This document shows, one piece after another, positions 56,983 through 64,000 of a DNA stretch of 64,000 bases. The notes beneath the pieces were generated by a model. The model worked only from the letters and a program-made list of their open reading frames with translations. It did not search any database and was not told the origin of the DNA. This DNA is from an uncultured Anaerolineales bacterium (GTDB taxonomy: Bacteria > Planctomycetota > Phycisphaerae > FEN-1346), in assembly GCA_964397995.1 (NCBI GenBank), contig CAYNLG010000002.1:34444-98443 (forward strand), written 5' to 3'. Made by a program: the position numbers and the translations under genes. The first letter of the stretch is position 1, and every line of letters starts with the position of its first letter.

Positions 56983-57990
56983 TCAGAATCCGACGCTTTT
57001 CGGATTATTCCGCCAGCCGTGCTTCGACGCCATCTCCGAGGGGGTCCGCAGGGCAATCTCCCCCTCGGCCAGGACCACGTACACGAGGTCGCGCATGGCC
57101 ACCACGCCGGCGGCCGACAGGATGTGCCCCTCGTCCGTGATGCCCACTCCGCCCGTCTCGCCCACCGGCAGGTAGGTTCGCACGGGTCGGCCCTGCTGGA
57201 GGTCCCACAGCCGCGCCATCGTGTCGTAGACAAGGAGCAGGTGGCGCCCGTCGGGCAACCAACGCGCCGCCGACAGCGTCCCCACCGGGTGATAGATTTG
57301 CTTCAGGGGCTTTCCGCCGGTGTCGAAGAAGTGCAGGGCCTGGTTGCTTCCCAGCACGAACTGGGACCGGTCCGGGGCCAGGGCGAACCGCGGCGCGCCC
57401 GTGCAGTGCGGCACCTGGACCTGAAAGACCGTCTGCCACGTGCTCGTATCGAAGGCCACGATCTTCGGCGTGTGGTCGTTACGGGGGTCGCCGCAGGCGG
57501 CCGCGAACAGGTGGCCACTCTTGGCATCCCAGTGTATCCAGCCCATGCGGACGTCGCCGAACGACGTCAGCGACCGCTGCACCGTCAGGCCCGGTACGTC
57601 GAGGAGGACCACCGTGTTGCTCCTCTGGTCGGCCAGACACGCGATCTGTTTGCCGTCAGGCGACCACGCGAGCGGCCCCGCCGGCCCGGCCGCTTGGGCC
57701 ACAATCCTCTCGGCCGCCGGATCCCAGACATACAGGCCCCGATGGTCGTGCCATACGAGGAGCTTGCGGCCGGGCGACCAAACGAAGCGCCCGTACCGCT
57801 CGGGCATGGGGACCCGCATGGTGGGCAGACGGCGCCCGGAACTCAACTCGTAATAGTTGAGCGGCCCGCTCCCGTGCCCGGTCTCGAGCAACGCCCCATC
57901 CTTGGCCCATCCGACATGATGATGGGATGGCCCAAGGTCGAGCGTCTGGACGACGCTACCCACGGCCAGGCTCCACAGGCGCCACATCAT
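56983..57990 (-). CDS. WD40-like beta-propeller repeat protein (possibly the 3' part of a frameshifted gene that starts at 58370)
   Basis: Repeated W/D beta-blade segments (LAWSPDGKQIACLADQ, WLPDGRHLLLVYD, HWDAKSGHLFAAA). No signal peptide of its own. Confidence 0.5.
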   Translation of the reverse strand: MMWRLWSLAVGSVVQTLDLGPSHHHVGWAKDGALLETGHGSGPLNYYELSSGRRLPTMRVPMPERYGRFVWSPGRKLLVWHDHRGLYVWDPAAERIVAQAAGPAGPLAWSPDGKQIACLADQRSNTVVLLDVPGLTVQRSLTSFGDVRMGWIHWDAKSGHLFAAACGDPRNDHTPKIVAFDTSTWQTVFQVQVPHCTGAPRFALAPDRSQFVLGSNQALHFFDTGGKPLKQIYHPVGTLSAARWLPDGRHLLLVYDTMARLWDLQQGRPVRTYLPVGETGGVGITDEGHILSAAGVVAMRDLVYVVLAEGEIALRTPSEMASKHGWRNNPKSVGF

Positions 57991-58139
57991 GCCCTTGCCG
58001 GGGGGGGGGCGTGGGCCGCCAGAAAGACCTTCTCGGCCAGGAGGCCCAGGGCGGCCGTCGCCGTACCGTAACCGTCCGGATGGCGGGCGCTCAACGTGTG
58101 CGCCCCACCGCACAGAAGGACCACCAGATGCGGAGCCCC

Positions 58140-58370
58140 CTAGGTCGTCCGGGCGGCCTCCAGCAGCGTCCGGGCCAGTTCCAGGTCGTCGGCCGGGTCG
58201 AGCGTGGCCCTGACGCGGGCTACCTTCTCGGCATACAGGGACTCGAACACCTGGCGGGCCTTCTCGGCCGACGCGGCATCGGCTCCCGCCGCCTCGCCGG
58301 CGCGGGCCGGCAGGACGGCACCCGCTATGGCCAGTAACAGAACGGCTGCCTTCACCCCGGGTCCATCCAT
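58140..58370 (-). pseudogene. Signal peptide plus helical module (76 aa) in a different frame from the WD40 ORF; a candidate frameshifted N-terminus of the WD40 gene, or a separate small secreted protein
   Basis: MDGPGVKAAVLLLAIAGAVLPARAGEAAG then AEKARQVFESLYAEKVARV..., resembling the N-terminus of the 55257..56858 protein. The span 58370 to 56983 is not a multiple of 3. Confidence 0.35.
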
Positions 58371-58534
58371 GGTCAGCTCCGCGAGGATACACACTCTGCG
58401 TCTTGCCGGGTGAACCCCGGCGCGGCGCCAAGGTCTCGCCGCATGCAGCCGGCCCACGGACACGCAACGCCTTGCGACCTTTTCTGAGATTGCGTACAAT
58501 TCTTGGCTGTTCCGCACGTTAGGCCCGGAGACGG

Positions 58535-60220
58535 ATGCTACACACCCACCGGTTTACCCTGCTGTCGGCTTCGCTGCTGACCGCCCTTGTCCTGGGGGTG
58601 GGGTGCTCGGCGTCTCACTACACCAAGGAGGCGGACCGCGAGGTCTACGGCATCGTCGCGGGGCGGCAAGAGGCCGTGTTCGGGGACGCGCGGCCGTTCT
58701 CGCTGGAGCGGCGCCAGGAGGCCCTGGAGCCCTATACGGGCGCCCGGGCCTGCCCGCCCGCGGTCCTGGCCGATGCGCCCGAGGGCGAGGCCGAGAACCC
58801 CCTGCCCGACGTCGGGCCGGACGCCATGCGCCTCGGCCTGGCGGAGGCCCTGCGGCTGGCGGTCCTTGCAAGCCGCGACTTCCAGGACCAGCGAGAGACG
58901 CTCTACCAGACGGCGTTGGCCCTGACGGCCCAGCGGCACGTGTTTGACCCGATCTTCAGCGCCACGGGCTCGCCCACCGTGGTGAACGACGAGCGGGACC
59001 GGGAGCGAACCTTCGAGAGCACAAGCGAGATCGGCTACTCGCATCAACTCGTCACCGGGGCCGCCATCACGACCAACCTGGCCCTGGCGGCCCTGAAGTT
59101 CATCAACCAGCAGCTCGGCGACACGGTCGGCTCCACCCTCGCGTTCACCTTCGACCAGCCCCTCTGGGCCGGGGCCGACCCGATTGTCGTCCAGGACAAC
59201 CTGATCCAGGCCGAGAAGAACGTCACCTACGCCGTCCGGATTTTCGCCCGGTACGAGAAGACGTTCGCCGTCGGCATCGCTTCCGACTACCTGCGGGTGC
59301 TGGAGGCCCGCCAGGTGGTGCTGAACGAGCACCTGAACTACCTCAGCCTGCGGGAGACCCGCGAGCGGGCCGAGTCGCTCGCCGAGGCCGAACGCCTGCC
59401 CGAATTCCAGGTCGACCAGGCCCGCCAGGACGAACTTCGGGCCTACAACCGCTGGGTCACCGCCCGCGAGTCGTACCTGAACACCCTCGACAGCTTCAAA
59501 CTGGTCCTGGGCATCCCGACGGCGTGCCCCATCGAGCTCGACCACCGGGAGTTGGATGCGCTGGCGGCCGGAGGCCTGCGGCCGCTGGCGGTGGACACGG
59601 CCGACGCGGCGCGGCTCGCGCTGGAGACGCGGCTGGACCTGGCCAACGCCCGGGGCGGCGTGGAGGACGCCGAGCGGCGCATCCGCGTCGCCAAGGACGC
59701 CCTCAAGGGGGACATCAACTTCGTCGCGAGCCTCGGTTACGAATCCGACCCGAACAGTGCCCAGTCGGCGCGCATCCAATTCCACCACGGGAACTATGCC
59801 GCCGGCTTCGACATCGATCTGCCGCTCGACCGCCTCGACGAGCGAAACGCCCTGCGGGAAGCCGAGATCAACCGGGACGCGGCCCGGCGCACCCTGACGG
59901 AACAGGAGGACCGGGTCGTGCTGGCCGTGCGTCAGGCGGTCCGCACCCTGGAGCAGGCCCGCCAGAGCTACGACACCCAGCGGGTGAGCGTCGAACTGGC
60001 CGAGCGGCGCGTCGAGTCGACGCGGCTGCTGCTCCAGGCGGGCCGGGCCAGCCAGCGCGACGTGCTGGAGGCCCAGGACGCACTCATTCAGGCCCAGAAC
60101 GCCCTGACCGGCGCCCTGGTGGACCATACCATCGCCGGCCTGGAACTCCAACGGGACGTCGGCACCCTGGTGGTCGACCCGGAGGGACAGATTCATGGTT
60201 TCACGCTCAGCAACCCGTAG
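58535..60220 (+). CDS. tolC: TolC-family outer-membrane efflux protein (lipoprotein type)
   Basis: Signal peptide plus LGVGCSA lipobox. Two repeated OEP coiled-coil/beta-barrel halves. Length 561 aa. Confidence 0.8.
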   Translation: MLHTHRFTLLSASLLTALVLGVGCSASHYTKEADREVYGIVAGRQEAVFGDARPFSLERRQEALEPYTGARACPPAVLADAPEGEAENPLPDVGPDAMRLGLAEALRLAVLASRDFQDQRETLYQTALALTAQRHVFDPIFSATGSPTVVNDERDRERTFESTSEIGYSHQLVTGAAITTNLALAALKFINQQLGDTVGSTLAFTFDQPLWAGADPIVVQDNLIQAEKNVTYAVRIFARYEKTFAVGIASDYLRVLEARQVVLNEHLNYLSLRETRERAESLAEAERLPEFQVDQARQDELRAYNRWVTARESYLNTLDSFKLVLGIPTACPIELDHRELDALAAGGLRPLAVDTADAARLALETRLDLANARGGVEDAERRIRVAKDALKGDINFVASLGYESDPNSAQSARIQFHHGNYAAGFDIDLPLDRLDERNALREAEINRDAARRTLTEQEDRVVLAVRQAVRTLEQARQSYDTQRVSVELAERRVESTRLLLQAGRASQRDVLEAQDALIQAQNALTGALVDHTIAGLELQRDVGTLVVDPEGQIHGFTLSNP

Positions 60221-62042
60221 CCGCCCGGCACGGGCCCTGGTAACCGTCCTGGTGGCGGCCGGGGCCATCGCGGGCGTTGCGGCCTTGGCGGCCGTAGGCG
60301 CCGGCAGCGGCTGGTTCGGCGGCAACGACAGGGCCGAGGCCCCGGAGGCCGGCGAGACAGCCACGGCGGCCCGCGGCCGCTTCATCGTCACCATCACCGA
60401 GAGCGGCGAGGTGGAGGCCAAGCGCTCCACCGACGTCAAGTGCGAGGTCGAGGGCCAGAGCACGGTCATCTGGCTCATCGAAGAGGGCTCGGTCGTCGAG
60501 GCCGGCGACAAGCTCATGGAACTCGATGCGGCCGACCTGGAGGAGAGCCACACCGCCCGGCGCATGGCCTACGACAGCGCCAAGGCCGCCCTGGAACGGG
60601 CCCGCCAGGCCTTCGAGATCCAGAAGAGCACCAACGAGAGCAGCCTGTCGGACGCGGCCCTGACGATCAAGTTCGCCCTGCTGGACCTGCGGAAGTACCT
60701 GGGCGCGGCGCTCGCCGATACGCTGGTCGCGGCCGAGGGACAGGCCGACTTCGACACCCTGGTCCGCGATCCCGCCCTCGGCGGCGAGGCCCTGCAGCAG
60801 AAGCGGACGCTCGCGAGCGACATCGACCTGGCCGCCGAGGAACTCCAGCGGGCCGAGAGCCAGGCCGACTGGACCCGCAAGCTCGAGGCCAAGGGCTACG
60901 TCACCGGCAGCGAGCTGGAGGCTGACGAACTGGCCGTCAAACGCAAACGCGTCGAAAAGGAGCAGGCCGAGACAGCTTTGGAGCTTTTCCTGGCTTACGA
61001 GTTCCCGAAGCAGGCCGAGCAACTCTTCACCGACTGGCGTGAGGCCAAGCGCGAGTTCGCCCGCGTCGAGGCCCGGGCCGCCAGCGAACTCGCCAGCGCA
61101 AAGGCCGACCTCGACGGCAAGCAGGCGGCGTTCGACCTGGAAGCGGGCCGGCTGCAGAAGGTCGAGCAGCAACTCGCCAACGTGATCCTCCGGGCCCCGC
61201 AGCCCGGCATGGTCGTCTACGCCCGCGAAGGCCGCCGCTGGGGCCAGGACGACGAACTCCAGCTCGGTTCCTCCGTGCGCCACCAGCAGACCCTGTTCCA
61301 GATCCCCGACCTCTCGGAGATGCAGGTCAACGCCAAGCTCCACGAGTCGGTCGTCAAGCAGGTCGACCCCGGCGCCCGGGCGTTCGTGGTGGTCGATGCG
61401 CGGCCGGACGAACGCCTTACGGGCACGGTCACGAAGATCGCCGTCATGCCCGACCGGACCCACTGGTGGCTGAACCCGGGCGTCAAGACCTATACGACCG
61501 AGGTCACGCTCGACCAGACGCCGGAGGGCATGAAGCCGGGCATGAGCGCCCAGGTGGAAATCCTCGTGGCGGACCGCCCGGACGTCCTGCAGGTGCCCGT
61601 CTCGGCGGTCCACGTCGACAAGGGCTACCAGGTGGTGTATGAGAAGACGCTGGCGGGCCCGGCCGTGCGACCCGTGGAAACGGGCCTCTCGAACGACCGG
61701 ACGATCGAAGTCCTCTCGGGCCTGAAGCCCGGCGCTGTCGTGTACCTGTACAAACCCGACGGGGCGCCGGAGCTGGATGTCGACCCGGACGCCGAGGCCG
61801 AGGCGGCCCGGGCGGCCTTGGGCGAGGTCCGGACCGAGGCGGCCGAGACCCCCGCGAGGGAGGAGCCGGAGCGCAAGCGGCCCGAGATGACCCCCGGGCA
61901 ACTGAAGGCCCTCCGCGAGCGGCTCGAGAAGGCCACGCCCGAGGAACGCGAGAGGATGCTGAAACGCCTGAAGGAACGTGGCCTGGCCCCGGGCGGCCAG
62001 CCGTCGCAGGGCGGCGGAGGCGGGGACGGCGGCCGGCCATGA
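60195..62042 (+). CDS. macA: HlyD/MacA-family periplasmic adaptor (membrane fusion protein) with a long charged C-terminal extension
   Basis: N-terminal TM, coiled-coil hairpin, and beta-barrel/lipoyl motifs (VTGTVTKIAVMPD). Overlaps tolC by 26 nt. The C-terminal 90 aa are E/R/K/G-rich. Confidence 0.78.
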   Translation: MVSRSATRSRPARALVTVLVAAGAIAGVAALAAVGAGSGWFGGNDRAEAPEAGETATAARGRFIVTITESGEVEAKRSTDVKCEVEGQSTVIWLIEEGSVVEAGDKLMELDAADLEESHTARRMAYDSAKAALERARQAFEIQKSTNESSLSDAALTIKFALLDLRKYLGAALADTLVAAEGQADFDTLVRDPALGGEALQQKRTLASDIDLAAEELQRAESQADWTRKLEAKGYVTGSELEADELAVKRKRVEKEQAETALELFLAYEFPKQAEQLFTDWREAKREFARVEARAASELASAKADLDGKQAAFDLEAGRLQKVEQQLANVILRAPQPGMVVYAREGRRWGQDDELQLGSSVRHQQTLFQIPDLSEMQVNAKLHESVVKQVDPGARAFVVVDARPDERLTGTVTKIAVMPDRTHWWLNPGVKTYTTEVTLDQTPEGMKPGMSAQVEILVADRPDVLQVPVSAVHVDKGYQVVYEKTLAGPAVRPVETGLSNDRTIEVLSGLKPGAVVYLYKPDGAPELDVDPDAEAEAARAALGEVRTEAAETPAREEPERKRPEMTPGQLKALRERLEKATPEERERMLKRLKERGLAPGGQPSQGGGGGDGGRP

Positions 62043-62743
62043 CCCTCGCACGCCTCGAAGACGTCCGCAAACGCTATAAGATGGGGCCGGAACTGGTCGT
62101 CGATGCCCTGCGAGGCGTCGACCTGACCATTGATGAGGGCGAGTACGTCGCCATCATGGGGCCGTCCGGGTCCGGCAAGTCCACCCTTCTGAACCTGATG
62201 GGGTGCCTGGACCGCCCCAGCCAGGGCCGCTACATCCTCGGCGGCCAGGACGTATCGGCCCTGTCGGACCAGGAATTGAGCGACGTGCGGGGCCGGCGGA
62301 TCGGCTTCGTCTTCCAGTCGTTCAACCTGATCCCGCAACTCTCGGCCCTGGAGAACATCGAGGTGCCCCTTTTCTACCAGGGCGTCCCGCGGCGCGAGCG
62401 GCGCGGCCGGGCCGAAGCCCTGGCCGAGCGTGTCGGTCTGGCCGGCCGCGCGGGCCACCGCCCGAACGAGCTCTCCGGCGGCGAACAGCAGCGGGTCGCC
62501 TGTGCCCGGGCCCTCGCGAACGATCCGCTCATCATCCTGGCCGATGAGCCCACGGGCAACCTGGACTCCAAGACCGGCCGCGAGATTCTGGCTTTGTTCG
62601 ACGAGTTGGGCGAGCGCGGCCGGACGCTGATCGTCGTCACGCACGACGAGGCCGTGGGCCGGCACGCGCGGCGTCTCGTCCGCATGGCCGACGGGCGCGT
62701 CGGCAGCGACGAGCGCCAGCCGGGCACGGCGGAGGGCGGCTGA
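62039..62743 (+). CDS. macB: ABC transporter ATP-binding protein (MacB/LolD type)
   Basis: Walker [10 protein letters not shown], signature LSGGEQQR, Walker [13 protein letters not shown]. Its ATG overlaps the macA stop (ATGA). Confidence 0.9.
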   Translation: MTLARLEDVRKRYKMGPELVVDALRGVDLTIDEGEYVAIMGPSGSGKSTLLNLMGCLDRPSQGRYILGGQDVSALSDQELSDVRGRRIGFVFQSFNLIPQLSALENIEVPLFYQGVPRRERRGRAEALAERVGLAGRAGHRPNELSGGEQQRVACARALANDPLIILADEPTGNLDSKTGREILALFDELGERGRTLIVVTHDEAVGRHARRLVRMADGRVGSDERQPGTAEGG

Positions 62744-62745
62744 GC

Positions 62746-64000
62746 ATGCTCTCGTGGAAGTCCAGCGAGATCATCCGCCTGGGCGTGGTCAGCTTGCTGC
62801 GCCATCCCGGGCGGAGCGTCCTGACGATGCTCGGCATCCTCTTCGGCGTCACGGCCGTCATCGCCACCATGAGCGTCGTCGAGGGCATCGGCCATAGGAT
62901 GCAGCAGGAGGTCCTCAAGATGGGGGCCACCAACATCATTGTCCAGGCCGTCAAGCCCGAGGCCACCGCCGGCGACCAACAGAGCGGGGGCGTTGCCCTC
63001 ACCTACGGCCTGACCTACGCCGACGCCGAACGCATTCACTCCAACCTCGATTACGCCGACATCGTCGTCCCCGCCCGCAAGTTCCGCCAGATGGCCCGGT
63101 ACCGGACGCGGAGCATCCGGACCGTCGTCATCGGCACCGTGCCCTGGTACCGGACCACCTACGGAGTCCACGTCGAGCCTAGCGGGCGGTGGCTGACCGC
63201 CATGGACCTGAAACGGACGGCGAACGTCTGCGTCCTGGGGGCGGACGTGGCCGAGGTGCTCTTCCCGCGGCAGGCCCCGGTCGGCGAAACCGTGCGCCTC
63301 GGCGACCAAGTCTACCGCGTCGTGGGCGTCGCCCAGCCGCGCGGCAGCGCGGGCGGCGGCACCGGCGGGGAGGGCGAGAACTTCGACCAGGCCGTCTATA
63401 TCCCCCTTACGGCCGCCAGCCGGCGCGTCGGCGAGGTCCTCGTCGACATGTCCACCGGCTCGCGCAGCATGGAAATCTGCGAGCTTCACGAGATTACCGT
63501 CAAGCTTCGCCAGCCGGAGCACGTGCGGCCGGCGGCGCGGATCATCAAGGGCCTGCTGGCCAAGTACCACGACCCCGACCGCAAGGACTGGGAAGTCCGC
63601 GTGCCTCTGGAGCGGCTGGAGGCCCTCGAGCGGACCAAGTGGCTCTTCATCGTCTTGGGCGTCTCGATTGCCGCCATCAGCCTGCTCGTCGGCGGCATCG
63701 GGATCATGAACATCATGCTGGCGAGCGTCACGGAGCGGACCCGCGAGATCGGCATCCGCCGGGCCCTGGGGGCCAAGCGGCGCGACATCGTCAGCCAGTT
63801 CCTCGTGGAGACGGTGGTGCTCTCGACGGTGGGCGGGGCGGTCGGCGTGCCCGTCGGCTGGGCCCTCGCGACGGTCATTCCGGTGGCACTTCAGAAAGCC
63901 GCCGCCAGCCTCGGCATCGGCGGCGAAGCGGCCCTGGCGCAGTTCTCCGAGACCATCGTCACGCCGGCGGCCGTACTGGTGGCCCTGGGGGCAAGCGTCG
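62746..64000 (+). CDS. ABC transporter permease (MacB/FtsX family), 3' end outside the window
   Basis: N-terminal TM, a large periplasmic domain, and a C-terminal FtsX-type helices signature ([20 protein letters not shown]). The frame is open to the window end. Confidence 0.8.
   Translation, partial: MLSWKSSEIIRLGVVSLLRHPGRSVLTMLGILFGVTAVIATMSVVEGIGHRMQQEVLKMGATNIIVQAVKPEATAGDQQSGGVALTYGLTYADAERIHSNLDYADIVVPARKFRQMARYRTRSIRTVVIGTVPWYRTTYGVHVEPSGRWLTAMDLKRTANVCVLGADVAEVLFPRQAPVGETVRLGDQVYRVVGVAQPRGSAGGGTGGEGENFDQAVYIPLTAASRRVGEVLVDMSTGSRSMEICELHEITVKLRQPEHVRPAARIIKGLLAKYHDPDRKDWEVRVPLERLEALERTKWLFIVLGVSIAAISLLVGGIGIMNIMLASVTERTREIGIRRALGAKRRDIVSQFLVETVVLSTVGGAVGVPVGWALATVIPVALQKAAASLGIGGEAALAQFSETIVTPAAVLVALGASV

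Noticed and set aside
58140-58370. Treating the 76-aa signal+helix ORF as an independent small secreted protein
   Set aside because: This remains possible. However, the similarity of the module to the N-terminus of the neighbouring 534-aa protein, and the signal-less WD40 ORF just downstream in another frame, make a frameshifted single gene the more economical reading.

Overview
The window is ~70% GC. It looks planctomycete-like: a prepilin/DUF1559-type protein, a sulfatase, many secreted proteins, and an N-terminally short Rho. The gene order and repeats below are read from the sequence; product names are pattern-based family assignments. Coding density is high and several gene pairs show 4-nt ATGA-type start/stop overlaps.

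**Core genes recognisable by motif**
- Metabolism and cofactors: purD, acs, folE, manC, galE, a UDP-xylose-synthase-like gene, capD.
- Information processing: rho, tadA, dusB, and three tRNAs (Lys-UUU, Glu-UUC, Arg-ACG) each with a near-consensus sigma70-type promoter.
- Stress and transport: a perR–katA–prx oxidative-stress block, mgtE, two MFS transporters, and a tolC–macA–macB efflux operon.
- Regulation: an NtrC-family regulator, an ECF sigma/anti-sigma pair, a PilZ protein.

**Most notable region (27.2–39.9 kb)**
- A PEP-CTERM (exosortase-substrate) island holds seven minus-strand cargo genes ending in the canonical VPEP(A/T)L…RRRR tail, including a beta-helix member and a paralogous pair.
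- One paralog is split from the others by a regulatory block: tandem small paralogous ORFs, a possible degenerate receiver, a receiver-less sigma-54 activator, a sensor kinase and a membrane protein.
- No exosortase is present in the window.

**Other non-standard observations**
- A small secreted protein and a 658-aa heparinase-like enzyme share a near-identical ~50-aa C-terminal module, seen as a ~160-bp DNA repeat.
- The tRNA-Arg(ACG) gene is followed 52 nt later by tadA, whose product deaminates that tRNA.
- A ~500-bp low-GC island carries a T-free A/C tract and two direct copies of a GACACTATAGG motif matching the SP6/T7-class phage promoter core.
- An in-frame, internally deleted mini copy of an MFS transporter sits directly upstream of the full-length gene.
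- A likely frameshifted secreted WD40 gene shares its N-terminal module with a neighbouring 534-aa secreted protein.

No CRISPR array, transposase or integrase was seen. The many long GC-driven antisense ORFs in the six-frame track were rejected.
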